The notes beneath the pieces were generated by a model, which saw only the letters and a program-made list of their open reading frames with translations, had not been told where the DNA came from and did not search any database. A program made the translations under genes and the position numbers. From Eledone cirrhosa (taxonomy: Eukaryota), in contig OZ024741.1 of NCBI GenBank assembly GCA_964016885.1, forward strand, positions 248,620,001 through 248,684,000: DNA of 64,000 bases, in the 5' to 3' direction. Shown here piece after piece: positions 38,901-53,900 of the stretch; position 1 is the stretch's first letter; every line of letters starts with the position of its first letter.

Positions 38901-41900
38901 TCCAAGGGGAGATAATTTTCAGCCGTCCAAGGAGAGGTAATTTCTAGCCGTCCAAGGGGAGATAATTTCCAGCCGTCCAAGGGGAGATAATTTTTTTAAA
39001 AAAATCAGGCGGAGATAATTTGTAAACAAAAATCAGGGGGAGATAATTTGTAAAAAAAAATCAGGGGGAGATAATTTGTAAAAAAAAATCAGGGGGAGAT
39101 AATTTGTAAAAAAAATCAAGGGGAGATAATTTGTAAAAAAAAATCAGGGGTAGATAATTTGTAAAAAAAAATCAGGGGGAGATAATTTGTAAAAAAAAAA
39201 TCAGGGGGAGATAATTTGTAAAAAAATCAAGGGGAGATAATTTCCAGCCGTCCAAGGGGAGATAATTTTCAGCCGTCCAAGGACAGGTAATTTCTAGCCG
39301 TCCAAGGGGAGATAATTTCCAGCCAGCCAAGGGGAGATAATTTGTAAAAAAATCAGGGGTAAATAATTTGTAAAAAAAAATCAGGGGGAGATAATTTGTA
39401 AAAAAAATCAGGGGGAGATAATTTGTAAAAAAAATCAGGGGTAGATAATTTCCAGCCGTCCAAGGGGAGATAATTTCCATCCTTCCAAGGGGAGACAATT
39501 TCCAGCCGTCCAAGGGGAGATAATTTCCCGCCAGCCAAGGAGAGATAACATTTAAAAAAATCAGGCGGAGATAATTTGTAAAAAAAATCAGGCGGAGATA
39601 ATTTGTAAAAAAATCAGGGGGAGATAATTTGTAAAAAAAATCAGGGGTAGATAATTTCCAGCCGTCCAAGGGGAGATAATTTCCATCCTTCCAAGGGGAG
39701 ATAATTTCCAGCCGTCCAAGGGGAGATAATTTCCCGCCAGCCAAGGAGAGATAATATTTAAAAAAATCAGGCGGAGATAATTTGTAAAAAAAATCAGGGG
39801 GAGATAATTTGTAAAAAAATCAGGGGGAGATAATTTGTAAAAAAAAATCAGGGGAGATAATTTGTAAAAAAAATCAGGGGGAGATAATTTGTAAAAAAAA
39901 ATCAGGGGTAGATAATTTGTAAAAAAAAATCAGGGGGAGATAATTTGTAAAAAAAAAATCAGGGGGAGATAATTTGTAAAAAAATCAAGGGGAGATAATT
40001 TCCAGCCGTCCAAGGGGAGATAATTTTCAGCCGTCCAAGGAGGTAATTTCTAGCCGTCCAAGGGGAGATAATTTCCAGCCGTCCAAGGGGAGATAATTTT
40101 TTTTAAAAAATCAGGCGGAGATAATTTGTAAACAAAAATCAGGGGGAGATAATTTGTAAAAAAAAATCAGGGGGAGATAATTTGTAAAAAAAAATCAGGG
40201 GGAGATAATTTGTAAAAAAAATCAAGGGGAGATAATTTCCAGCCGTCCAAGGGGAGGTAATATTTAGCCATCCAAGGGGAGATAATTTCCAGCCGTCCAA
40301 GGGGAGATAATTTCCAGCCGTCCAAGGGGAGATAATATCCAGCCGTCCAAGGAGACATATTTTCCAGCCGTCCAAGGAGAGGTAATTTCTAGCCGTCCAA
40401 GGGGAGATAAGTTCCAGCCTCCAAGGGGAGATAATTTCCAGCCAGCCAAGGGGAGATAATTTGTAAAAAAATCAGGGGGGAGATAATTTGTAAAAAAAAT
40501 CAGGGGGAGATAATTTGAAAAAAAAATCAGGGGGAGATAATTTGTAAAAAATATCAAGGGGAGATAATTTCCAGCCCTCCAAGGGGCTATAATTTCCAGC
40601 CGTGCAAGGGGAGATAATTTCCAGCCGTCCAAGGGGAGATAATTTCCATCCTTCCAAGGGGAGATAATTTCCAGCCGTCCAAGGGGAGATAATTTCCCGC
40701 CAGCCAAGGGAAGATAATTTTTTAAAAAATCAGGCGGAGATTGTAAAAAAAATCAGGGGGAGATAATTTGTAAAAAAATCAGGGGGAGATAATTTGTAAA
40801 AAAAAATCAGGGGGAGATAATTTGTAAAAAAAAATCAGGGGGAGATAATTTGTAAAAAAAATCAGGGGGAGATAATTTGTAAAAAAAATCAGGGGTAGAT
40901 AATTTGTAAAAAAAATCAGGGGGAGATAATTTGTAAAAAAAATCAGGGGGAGATAATTTGTAAAAAAAATCAGGGGTAGATGATTTTCAGCCGTCCAAGG
41001 GGAGATAATTTCCATCCTTCCAAGGGGAGATAATTTCCAGCCGTCCAAGGGGAGATAATTTCCCGCCAGCCAAGGAGAGATAACATTTAAAAAAATCAGG
41101 CGGAGATAATTTGTAAAAAAATCAGGGGGAGATAATTTGTAAAAAAAATCAGGGGTAGATAATTTCCAGCCGTCCAAGGGGAGATAATTTCCATCCTTCC
41201 AAGGGGAGACAATTTCCAGCCGTCCAAGGGGAGATAATTTCCCGCCAGCCAAGGAGAGATAACATTTAAAAAAATCAGGCGGAGATAATTTGTAAAAAAA
41301 ATCAGGCGGAGATAATTTGTAAAAAAATCAGGGGGAGATAATTTGTAAAAAAAATCAGGGGTAGATAATTTCCAGCCGTCCAAGGGGAGATAATTTCCAT
41401 CCTTCCAAGGGGAGATAATTTCCAGCCGTCCAAGGGGAGATAATTTCCCGCCAGCCAAGGAGAGATAATATTTAAAAAAATCAGGCGGAGATAATTTGTA
41501 AAAAAAATCAGGGGGAGATAATTTGTAAAAAAATCAGGGGGAGATAATTTGTAAAAAAAAATCAGGGGAGATAATTTGTAAAAAAAATCAGGGGGAGATA
41601 ATTTGTAAAAAAAAATCAGGGGTAGATAATTTGTAAAAAAAAATCAGGGGGAGATAATTTGTAAAAAAAAAATCAGGGGGAGATAATTTGTAAAAAAATC
41701 AAGGGGAGATAATTTCCAGCCGTCCAAGGGGAGATAATTTTCAGCCGTCCAAGGAGGTAATTTCTAGCCGTCCAAGGGGAGATAATTTCCAGCCGTCCAA
41801 GGGGAGATAATTTTTTTTAAAAAATCAGGCGGAGATAATTTGTAAACAAAAATCAGGGGGAGATAATTTGTAAAAAAAAATCAGGGGGAGATAATTTGTA

Positions 41901-44900
41901 AAAAAAAATCAGGGGGAGATAATTTGTAAAAAAAATCAAGGGGAGATAATTTCCAGCCGTCCAAGGGGAGGTAATATTTAGCCATCCAAGGGGAGATAAT
42001 TTCCAGCCGTCCAAGGGGAGATAATTTCCAGCCGTCCAAGGGGAGATAATATCCAGCCGTCCAAGGAGACATATTTTCCAGCCGTCCAAGGAGAGGTAAT
42101 TTCTAGCCGTCCAAGGGGAGATAAGTTCCAGCCTCCAAGGGGAGATAATTTCCAGCCAGCCAAGGGGAGATAATTTGTAAAAAAATCAGGGGGGAGATAA
42201 TTTGTAAAAAAAATCAGGGGGAGATAATTTGAAAAAAAAATCAGGGGGAGATAATTTGTAAAAAATATCAAGGGGAGATAATTTCCAGCCCTCCAAGGGG
42301 CTATAATTTCCAGCCGTGCAAGGGGAGATAATTTCCAGCCGTCCAAGGGGAGATAATTTCCATCCTTCCAAGGGGAGATAATTTCCAGCCGTCCAAGGGG
42401 AGATAATTTCCCGCCAGCCAAGGGAAGATAATTTTTTAAAAAATCAGGCGGAGATTGTAAAAAAAATCAGGGGGAGATAATTTGTAAAAAAATCAGGGGG
42501 AGATAATTTGTAAAAAAAAATCAGGGGGAGATAATTTGTAAAAAAAAATCAGGGGGAGATAATTTGTAAAAAAAATCAGGGGGAGATAATTTGTAAAAAA
42601 AATCAGGGGTAGATAATTTGTAAAAAAAATCAGGGGGAGATAATTTGTAAAAAAAATCAGGGGGAGATAATTTGTAAAAAAAATCAGGGGTAGATGATTT
42701 TCAGCCGTCCAAGGGGAGATAATTTCCATCCTTCCAAGGGGAGATAATTTCCAGCCGTCCAAGGGGAGATAATTTCCCGCCAGCCAAGGAGAGATAACAT
42801 TTAAAAAAATCAGGCGGAGATAATTTGTAAAAAAATCAGGGGGAGATAATTTGTAAAAAAAATCAGGGGTAGATAATTTTCAGCCGTCCAAGGGGAGATA
42901 ATTTCCATCCTTCCAAGGGGAGATAATTTCCAGCCGTCCAAGGGGAGATAATTTCCCGCCAGCCAAGGAGAGATAACATTTAAAAAAATCAGGGGGAGAT
43001 AATTTGTGAAAAAAAATCAGGGGGAGATAATTCGTAAAAAAAATCAGGGGGAGATAATTTGTAAAAAAAAATCAGGGGTAGATAATTTGTAAAAAAAAAT
43101 CAGGGGGAGATAATTTGTAAAAAAAAAATCAGGGGGAGATAATTTGTAAAAAAATCAAGGGGAGATAATTTCCAGCCGTCCAAGGGGAGATAATTTTCAG
43201 CCGTCCAAGGAGAGGTAATTTCTAGCCGTCCAAGGGGAGATAATTTCCAGCCGTCCAAGGGGAGATAATTTTTTTAAAAAAATCAGGCGGAGATAATTTG
43301 TAAACAAAAATCAGGGGGAGATAATTTGTAAAAAAAAATCAGGGGGAGATAATTTGTAAAAAAAAATCAGGGGGAGATAATTTGTAAAAAAAATCAAGGG
43401 GAGATAATTTGTAAAAAAAAATCAGGGGTAGATAATTTGTAAAAAAAAATCAGGGGGAGATAATTTGTAAAAAAAAAATCAGTGGGAGATAATTTGTAAA
43501 AAAATCAAGGGGAGATAATTTCCAGCCGTCCAAGGGGAGATAATTTTCAGCCGTCCAAGGACAGGTAATTTCTAGCCGTCCAAGGGGAGATAATTTCCAG
43601 CCAGCCAAGGGGAGATAATTTGTAAAAAAATCAGGGGTAGATAATTTGTAAAAAAAAATCAGGGGGAGATAATTTGTAAAAAAAATCAGGGGGAGATAAT
43701 TTGTAAAAAAAATCAGGGGTAGATAATTTCCAGCCGTCCAAGGGGAGATAATTTCCATCCTTCCAAGGGGAGACAATTTCCAGCCGTCCAAGGGGAGATA
43801 ATTTCCCGCCAGCCAAGGAGAGATAACATTTAAAAAAATCAGGCGGAGATAATTTGTAAAAAAAATCAGGGGGAGATAATTTGTTAAAAAATCAGGGGGA
43901 GATAATTTGTAAAAAAAATCAGGGGTAGATAATTTCCAGCCGTCCAAGGGGAGATAATTTCCATCCTTCCAAGGGGAGATAATTTCCAGCCGTCCAAGGG
44001 GAGATAATTTCCCGCCAGCCAAGGAGAGATAATATTTAAAAAAATCAGGCGGAGATAATTTGTAAAAAAAATCAGGGGGAGATAATTTGTAAAAAAATCA
44101 GGGGGAGATAATTTGTAAAAAAAAATCAGGGGAGATAATTTGTAAAAAAAATCAGGGGGAGATAATTTGTAAAAAAAAATCAGGGGTAGATAATTTGTAA
44201 AAAAAAATCAGGGGGAGATAATTTGTAAAAAAAAAATCAGGGGGAGATAATTTGTAAAAAAATCAAGTGGAGATAATTTCCAGCCGTCCAAGGGGAGATA
44301 ATTTTCAGCCGTCCAAGGAGGTAATTTCTAGCCGTCCAAGGGGAGATAATTTCCAGCCGTCCAAGGGGAGATAATTTTTTTTAAAAAATCAGGCGGAGAT
44401 AATTTGTAAACAAAAATCAGGGGGAGATAATTTGTAAAAAAAAATCAGGGGGAGATAATTTGTAAAAAAAAATCATGGGGAGATAATTTTGAAAAAAAAT
44501 CAAGGGGAGATAATTTCCAGCCGTCCAAGGGGAGGTAATATTTAGCCATCCAAGGGGAGATAATTTCCAGCCGTCCAAGGGGAGATAATTTCCAGCCGTC
44601 CAAGGGGAGATAATATCCAGCCGTCCAAGGAGACATATTTTCCAGCCGTCCAAGGAGAGGTAATTTCTAGCCGTCCAAGGGGAGATAAGTTCCAGCCTCC
44701 AAGGGGAGATAATTTCCAGCCAGCCAAGGGGAGATAATTTGTAAAAAAATCAGGGGGGAGATAATTTGTAAAAAAAATCAGGGGGAGATAATTTGAAAAA
44801 AAAATCAGGGGGAGATAATTTGTAAAAAATATCAAGGGGAGATAATTTCCAGCCCTCCAAGGGGCTATAATTTCCAGCCGTGCAAGGGGAGATAATTTCC

Positions 44901-47900
44901 AGCCGTCCAAGGGGAGATAATTTCCATCCTTCCAAGGGGAGATAATTTCCAGCCGTCCAAGGGGAGATAATTTCCCGCCAGCCAAGGGAAGATAATTTTT
45001 TAAAAAATCAGGCGGAGATTGTAAAAAAAATCAGGGGGAGATAATTTGTAAAAAAATCAGGGGGAGATAATTTGTAAAAAAAAATCAGGGGGAGATAATT
45101 TGTAAAAAAAAATCAGGGGGAGATAATTTGTAAAAAAAATCAGGGGGAGATAATTTGTAAAAAAAATCAGGGGTAGATAATTTGTAAAAAAAATCAGGGG
45201 GAGATAATTTGTAAAAAAAATCAGGGGGAGATAATTTGTAAAAAAAATCAGGGGTAGATGATTTTCAGCCGTCCAAGGGGAGATAATTTCCATCCTTCCA
45301 AGGGGAGATAATTTCCAGCCGTCCAAGGGGAGATAATTTCCCGCCAGCCAAGGAGAGATAACATTTAAAAAAATCAGGCGGAGATAATTTGTAAAAAAAT
45401 CAGGGGGAGATAATTTGTAAAAAAAATCAGGGGTAGATAATTTTCAGCCGTCCAAGGGGAGATAATTTCCATCCTTCCAAGGGGAGATAATTTCCAGCCG
45501 TCCAAGGGGAGATAATTTCCCGCCAGCCAAGGAGAGATAACATTTAAAAAAATCAGGGGGAGATAATTTGTAAAAAAAAATCAGGGGGAGATAATTCGTA
45601 AAAAAAAATCAGGGGGAGATAATTTGTAAAAAAAAATCAGGGGTAGATAATTTGTAAAAAAAAATCAGGGGGAGATAATTTGTAAAAAGAAAATCAGGGG
45701 GAGATAATTTGTAAAAAAATCAAGGGGAGATAATTTCCAGCCGTCCAAGGGGAGATAATTTTCAGCCGTCCAAGGAGAGTTAATTTCTAGCCGTCCAAGG
45801 GGAGATAATTTCCAGCCGTCCAAGGGGAGATAATTTTTTTAAAAAAATCAGGCGGAGATAATTTGTAAACAAAAATCAGGGGAGATAATTTGTAAAAAAA
45901 AATCAGGGGGAGATAATTTGTAAAAAAAAATCAGGGGGAGATAATTTGTAAAAAAAATCAAGGGGAGATAATTTGTAAAAAAAAATCAGGGGTAGATAAT
46001 TTGTAAAAAAAAATCAGGTGGAGATAATTTGTAAAAAAAAAATCAGGGGGAGATAATTTGTAAAAAATCAAGGGGAGATAATTTCCAGCCGTCCAAGGGG
46101 AGATAATTTTCAGCCGTCCAAGGAGAGGTAATTTCTAGCCGTCCAAGGGGAGATAATTTCCAGCCAGCCAAGGGGAGATAATTTGTAAAAAATCAGATGT
46201 AGATAATTTGTAAAAAAAAATCAGGGGGAGATAATTTGTAAAAAAAATCAGGGGGAGATAATTTGTAAAAAAAATCAGGGGTAGATAATTTCCAGCCGTC
46301 CAAGGGGAGATAATTTCCATCCTTCCAAGGGGAGATAATTTCCAGCCGTCCAAGGGGAGATAATTTCCCGCCAGCCAAGGAGAGATAATTTTTTTAAAAA
46401 AATCAGGCGGAGATAATTTGTAAACAAAAATCAGGGGGAGATAATTTGTAAAAAAAAATCAGGGGGAGATAATTTGTAAAAAAAATCAGGGGGAGATAAT
46501 TTGTAAAAAAAATCAAGGGGAGATAATTTCCAGCCGTCCAAGGGGAGGTAATATCTAGCCATCCAAGGGGAGATAATCTCCAGCCGTCCAAGGGGAGATA
46601 ATTTCCAGCCGTCCAAGGGGAGATAATATCCAGCCGTCCAAGGAGACATATTTTCCAGCCGTCCAAGGAGAGGTAATTTCTAGCCGTCCAAGGGGAGATA
46701 AGTTCCAGCCTCCAAGGGGAGAAAATTTCCAGCCAGCCAAGGGGAGATAATTTGTAAAAAAATCAGGGGGAGATAATTTGTAAAAAAAAAATCAGGGGGA
46801 GATAATTTGTAAAAAAATCAGGGGGAGATAATTTGTAAAAAAAAAATCAGGGGGAGATAATTTGTAAAAAAAATCAGGGGGAGATAATTTGTAGAAAAAA
46901 TCAGGGGTAGATAATTTGTAAAAAAAATCAGGGGGAGATAATTTGTAAAAAAAATCAGGGGGAGATAATTTGTAAAAAAATCAGGGGTAGATAATTTTCA
47001 GCCGTCCAAGGGGAGATAATTTCCATCCTTCCAAGGGGAGATAATTTCCAGCCGTCCAAGGGGAGATAATTTCCCGCCAGCCAAGGAGAGATAACATTTA
47101 AAAAAATCAGGCGGAGATAATTTGTAAAAAAAATCAGGGGGAGATAATTTGTAAAAAAATCAGGGGGAGATAATTTGTAAAAAAAATCAGGGGTAGATAA
47201 TTTCCAGCCGTCCAAGGGGAGATAATTTCCATCCTTCCAAGGGGAGATAATTTCCAGCCGTCCAAGGGGAGATAATTTCCCGCCAGCCAAGGAGAGATAA
47301 TATTTAAAAAAATCAGGCGGAGATAATTTGTAAAAAAAATCAGGCGGAGATAATTTGTAAAAAAAAACCAGGGGGAGATAATTTGTAAAAAAAAATCAGG
47401 GGGAGATAATTTGTAAAAAAAATCAGGGGGAGATAATTTGTAAAAAAAATCAAGGGGAGATAATTTCCAGCCGTCCAAGGGGAGATAATTTTCAGCCGTC
47501 CAAGGAGAGGTAAATTCTAGCCGTCCAAGGAGATATAATTTCCAGCCGTCCAAGGGGAGATAATTTCCAGCCGTCCAAGGGGAGATAATTTTAAAAAAAA
47601 AATCAGGCGGAGATAATTTGTAAACAAAAATCAGGGGGAGATAATTTTAAAAAAAAAATCGGGGAGATAATTTGTAAAAAAAATCAAGGGGAGATAATTT
47701 CCAGCCGTCCAAGGGGAGGTAATATCTAGCCATCCAAGGGGAGATAATTTCCAGCCGTCCAAGGGGAGATAATTTCCAGCCGTCCAAGGGGAGATAATAT
47801 CCAGCCGTCCAAGGAGACATATTTTCCAGCCGTCCAAGGAGAGGTAATTTCTAGCCGTCCAAGGGGAGATAAGTTCCAGCCTCCAAGGGGAGATAATTTC

Positions 47901-50900
47901 CAGCCAGCCAAGGGGAGATAATTTGTAAAAAAATCAGGGGGGAGATAATTTGTAAAAAAAATCAGGGGGAGATAATTTGAAAAAAAAATCAGGGGGACAT
48001 AATTTGTAAAAAATATCAAGGGGAGATAATTTCCAGCCCTCCAAGGGGCTATAATTTCCAGCCGTGCAAGGGGAGATAATTTCCAGCCGTCCAAGGGGAG
48101 ATAATTTCCATCCTTCCAAGGGGAGATAATTTCCAGCCGTCCAAGGGGAGATAATTTCCCGCCAGCCAAGGGAAGATAATTTTTTAAAAAATCAGGCGGA
48201 GATTGTAAAAAAAATCAGGGGGAGATAATTTGTAAAAAAATCAGGGGGAGATAATTTGTAAAAAAAAATCAGGGGGAGATAATTTGTAAAAAAAAATCAG
48301 GGGGAGATAATTTGTAAAAAAAATCAGGGGGAGATAATTTGTAAAAAAAATCAGGGGTAGATAATTTGTAAAAAAAATCAGGGGGAGATAATTTGTAAAA
48401 AAAATCAGGGGGTGATAATTTGTAAAAAAAATCAGGGGTAGATAATTTTCAGCCGTCCAAGGGGAGATAATTTCCATCCTTCCAAGGGGAGATAATTTCC
48501 AGCCGTCCAAGGGGAGATAATTTCCCGCCAGCCAAGGAGAGATAACATTTAAAAAAATCAGGCGGAGATAATTTGTAAAAAAATCAGGGGGAGATAATTT
48601 GTAAAAAAAATCAGGGGTAGATAATTTTCAGCCGTCCAAGGGGAGATAATTTCCATCCTTCCAAGGGGAGATAATTTCCAGCCGTCCAAGGGGAGATAAC
48701 TTCCCGCCAGCCAAGGAGAGATAACATTTAAAAAAATCAGGGGGAGATAATTTGTAAAAAAAAATCAGGGGTAGATAATTTGTAAACAAAAATCAGGGGG
48801 AGATAATTTGTAAAAAAAAATCAGGGGGAGATAATTTGTAAAAAAAAATCAGGGGGAGATAATTTGTAAAAAAAATCAAGGGGAGATAATTTGTAAAAAA
48901 AATCAGGGGTAGATAATTTGTAAAAAAAAATCAGGGGGAGATAATTTGTAAAAAAAAAATCAAGGGGAGATAATTTGTAAAAAAATCAAGGGGAGATAAT
49001 TTCCAGCCGTCCAAGGGGAGATAATTTTCAGCCGTCCAAGGAGAGGTAATTTCTAGCCGTCCAAGGGGAGATAATTTCCAGCCAGCCAAGGGGAGATAAT
49101 TTGTAAAAAAATCAGATGTAGATAATTTGTAAAAAAAAATCAGGGGGAGATAATTTGTAAAAAAAATCAGGGGGAGATAATTTGTAAAAAAAAATCAGGG
49201 GTAGATAATTTGTAAAAAAAAATCAGGGGTAGATAATTTGTAAAAAAAAATCAGGGGGAGATAATTTGTAAAAAAAAAATCAGGGGGAGATAATTTGTAA
49301 AAAAAATCAGGGGGAGATAATTTGTAGAAAAAATCAGGGGTAGATAATTTGTAAAAAAAATCAGGGGGAGATAATTTGTAAAAAAAATCAGGGGGAGATA
49401 ATTTGTAAAAAAAATCAGGGGTAGATAATTTTCAGCCGTCCAAGGGGAGATAATTTCCATCCTTCCAAGGGGAGATAATTTCCAGCCGTCCAAGGGGAGA
49501 TAATTTCCCGCCAGTCAAGGAGAGATAACATTTAAAAAAATCAGGCGGAGATAATTTGTAAAAAAAATCAGGGGGACATAATTTGTAAAAAAATCAGGGG
49601 GAGATAATTTGTAAAAAAAATCAGGGGTAGATAATTTCCAGCCGTCCAAGGGGAGATAATTTCCATCCTTCCAAGGGGAGATAATTTCCAGCCGTCCAAG
49701 GGGAGATAATTTCCCGCCAGCCAAGGAGAGATAATATTTAAAAAAATCAGGCGGAGATAATTTGTAAAAAAAATCAGGGGGAGATAATTTGTAAAAAAAT
49801 CAGGGGGAGATAATTTGTAAAAAAAAATCAGGGGGAGATAATTTGTAAAAAAAATCAGGGGGAGATAATTTGTAAAAAAAATCAGGGGTAGATAATTTGT
49901 AAAAAAAAATCAGGGGGAGATAATTTGTAAAAAAAAAATCAGGGGGAGATAATTTGTTAAAAAATCAAGGGGAGATAATTTCCAGCCGTCCAAGGGGAGA
50001 TAATTTTCAGCCGTCCAAGGAGAGGTAATTTCTAGCCGTCCAAGGGGAGATAATTTCCAGCCGTCCAAGGGGAGATAATTTTTTTAAAAAAATCAGGCGG
50101 AGATAATTTGTAAACAAAAATCAGGGGGAGATAATTTGTAAAAAAAAATCAGGGGGAGATAATTTGTAAAAAAAAATCAGGGGGAGATAATTTGTAAAAA
50201 AAATCAAGGGGAGATAATTTCCAGCCGTCCAAGGGGAGGTAATATCTAGCCATCCAAGGGGAGATAATTTCCAGCCGTCCAAGGGGAGATAATTTCCAGC
50301 CGTCCAAGGGGAGATAATATCCAGCCGTCCAAGGAGACATATTTTCCAGCCGTCCAAGGAGAGGTAATTTCTAGCCGTCCAAGGGGAGATAAGTTCCAGC
50401 CTCCAAGGGGAGATAATTTCCAGCCAGCCAAGGGGAGATAATTTGTAAAAAAATCAGGGGGAGATAATTTGTAAAAAAAAAATCAGGGGGAGATAATTTG
50501 TAAAAAAATCAGGGGGAGATAATTTGTAAAAAAAAAATCAGGGGGAGATAATTTGTAAAAAAAATCAGGGGGAGATAATTTGTAAAAAAAATCAGGGGTA
50601 GATAATTTGTAAAAAAAATCAGGGGGAGATAATTTGTAAAAAAAATCAGGGGGAGATAATTTGTAAAAAAAATCAGGGGTAGATAATTTTCAGCCGTCCA
50701 AGGGGAGATAATTTCCATCCTTCAAAGGGGAGATAATTTCCAGCCGTCCAAGGGGAGATAATTTCCCGCCAGCCAAGGAGAGATAACATTTAAAAAAATC
50801 AGGCGGAGATAATTTGTAAAAAAAATCAGGGGGAGATAATTTGTAAAAAAATCAGGGGGAGATAATTTGTAAAAAAAATCAGGGGTAGATAATTTCCAGC

Positions 50901-53900
50901 CGTCCAAGGGGAGATAATTTCCATCCTTCCAAGGGGAGATAATTTCCAGCCGTCCAAGGGGAGATAATTTCCCGCCAGCCAAGGAGAGATAATATTTAAA
51001 AAAATCAGGCGGAGATAATTTGTAAAAAAAATCAGAGGGAGATAATTTGTAAAAAAATCAGGGGGAGATAATTTGTAAAAAAAAATCAGGGGGAGATAAT
51101 TTGTAAAAAAAATCAGGGGGAGATAATTTGTAAAAAAAAATCAGGGGTAGATAATTTGTAAAAAAAAATCAGGGGGAGATAATTTGTAAAAAAAAATCAG
51201 CGGGAGATAATTTGTAAAAAAATCAAGGGGAGATAATTTCCAGCCGTCCAAGGGGAGATAATTTTCAGCCGTCCAAGGAGAGGTAATTTCTAGCCGTCCA
51301 AGGGGAGATAATTTCCAGCCGTCCAAGGGGAGATAATTTTTTTAAAAAAATCAGGCGGAGATAATTTGTAAACAAAAATCAGGGGGAGATAATTTGTAAA
51401 AAAAAATCAGGGGGAGATAATTTGTAAAAAAAAATCAGGGGGAGATAATTTGTAAAAAAAATCAAGGGGAGATAATTTCCAGCCGTCCAAGGGGAGGTAA
51501 TATCTAGCCATCCAAGGGGAGATAATTTCCAGCCGTCCAAGGGGAGATAATTTCCAGCCGTCCAAGGGGAGATAATATCCAGCCGTCCAAGGAGACATAT
51601 TTTCCAGCCGTCCAAGGAGACGTAATTTCTAGCCGTCCAAGGGGAGATAAGTTCCAGCCTCCAAGGGGAGATAATTTCCAGCCAGCCAAGGGGAGATAAT
51701 TTGTAAAAAAATTAGGGGGAGATAATTTGTAAAAAAAAATTAGGGGGAGATAATTTGTAAAAAAAAATCAGGGGGAGATAATTTGTAAAAAAAAATCAGG
51801 GGGAGATAATTTGTAAAAAAAATCAAGGGGAGATAATTTCCAGCCAGCCAAGGGGAGATAATTTGTAAAAAAATTAGGGGGAGATAATTTGTAAAAAAAA
51901 ATTAGGGGGAGATAATTTGTAAAAAAATTCAGGGGTAGATAATTTCCAGCCGTCCAAGGGGAGATAATTTCCATCCTTCCAAGGGGAGATAATTTCCAGC
52001 CGTCCAAGGGGAGATAATTTCCCGCCAGCCAAGGAGAGATAATATTTAAAATAATCAGGCGGAGATAATTTGTAAAAAAAATCAGAGGGAGATAATTTGT
52101 AAAAAAATCAGGGGGAGATAATTTGTAAAAAAAAAATCAGGGGGAGATAATTTGTAAAAAAAATCAGGGGGAGATAATTTGTAAAAAAAAATCAGGGGTA
52201 GATAATTTGTAAAAAAAAATCAGGGGGAGATAATTTGTAAAAAAAAATCAGGGGGAGATAATTTGTAAAAAAATCAAGGGGAGATAATTTCCAGCCGTCC
52301 AAGGGGAGATAATTTTCAGCCGTCCAAGGAGAGGTAATTTCTAGCCGTCCAAGGGGAGATAATTTCCAGCCGTCCAAGGGGAGATAATTTTGTTAAAAAA
52401 ATCAGGCGGAGATAATTTGTAAACAAAAATCAGGGGGAGATAATTTGTAAAAAAAAATCAGGGGGAGATAATTTGTAAAAAAAAATCAGGGGGAGATAAT
52501 TTGTAAAAAAAATCAAGGGGAGATAATTTCCAGCCGTCCAAGGGGAGGTAATATCTAGCCATCCAAGGGGAGATAATTTCCAGCCGTCCAAGGGGAGATA
52601 ATTTCCAGCCGTCCAAGGGGAGATAATATCCAGCCGTCCAAGGAGACATATTTTCCAGCCGTCCAAGGAGACGTAATTTCTAGCCGTCCAAGGGGAGATA
52701 AGTTCCAGCCTCCAAGGGGAGATAATTTCCAGCCAGCCAAGGGGAGATAATTTGTAAAAAAATTAGGGGGAGATAATTTGTAAAAAAAAATTAGGGGGAG
52801 ATAATTTGTAAAAAAAAATCAGGGGGAGATAATTTGTAAAAAAAAATCAGGGGGAGATAATTTGTAAAAAAAATCAAGGGGAGATAATTTCCAGCCAGCC
52901 AAGGGGAGATAATTTGTAAAAAAATTAGGGGGAGATAATTTGTAAAAAAAAATTAGGGGGAGATAATTTGTAAAAAAAAATCAGGGGGAGATAATTTGTA
53001 AAAAAAAATCAGGGGGAGATAATTTGTAAAAAAAAATCAGGGGGAGATAATTTGTAAAAAAAAAATCAGGCGGAGATAATTTGTAAAAAAATCAAGGGGA
53101 GATAATTTCCAGCCGTCCAAGGGGAGATAATTTTCAGCCGTCCAAGGAGAGGTAATTTCTAGCCGTCCAAGGGGAGATAATTTCCAGCCAGCCAAGGGGA
53201 GATAATTTGTAAAAAAATCAGATGTAGATAATTTGTAAAAAAAAATCAGGGGGAGATAATTTGTAAAAAAAATCAGGGGGAGATAATTTGTAAAAAAAAT
53301 CAGGGGTAGATAATTTCCAGCCGTCCAAGGGGAGATAATTTCCATCCTTCCAAGGGGAGATAATTTCCAGCCGTCCAAGGGGAGATAATTTCCCGCCAGC
53401 CAAGGAGAGATAATATTTTAAAAAATCAGGCGGAGATAATTTGTAAAAAAAATCAGGGGGAGATAATTTGTAAAAAAATCAGGGGGAGATAATTTGTAAA
53501 AAAAAATCAGGGGAGATAATTTGTAAAAAAAATCAGGGGGAGATAATTTGTAAAAAAAAATCAGGGGTAGATAATTTGTAAAAAAAAATCAGTGGCAGAT
53601 AATTTGTAAAAAAAAAATCAGGGGGAGATAATTTGTAAAAAAATCAAGGGGAGATAATTTCCAGCCGTCCAAGGGGAGATAATTTTCAGCCGTCCAAGGA
53701 GGTAATTTCTAGCCGTCCAAGGGGAGATAATTTCCAGCCGTCCAAGGGGAGATAATTTTTTTTAAAAAATCAGGCGGAGATAATTTGTAAACAAAAATCA
53801 GGGGGAGATAATTTGTAAAAAAAAATCAGGGGGAGATAATTTGTAAAAAAAAATCAGGGGGAGATAATTTGTAAAAAAAATCAAGGGGAGATAATTTCCA

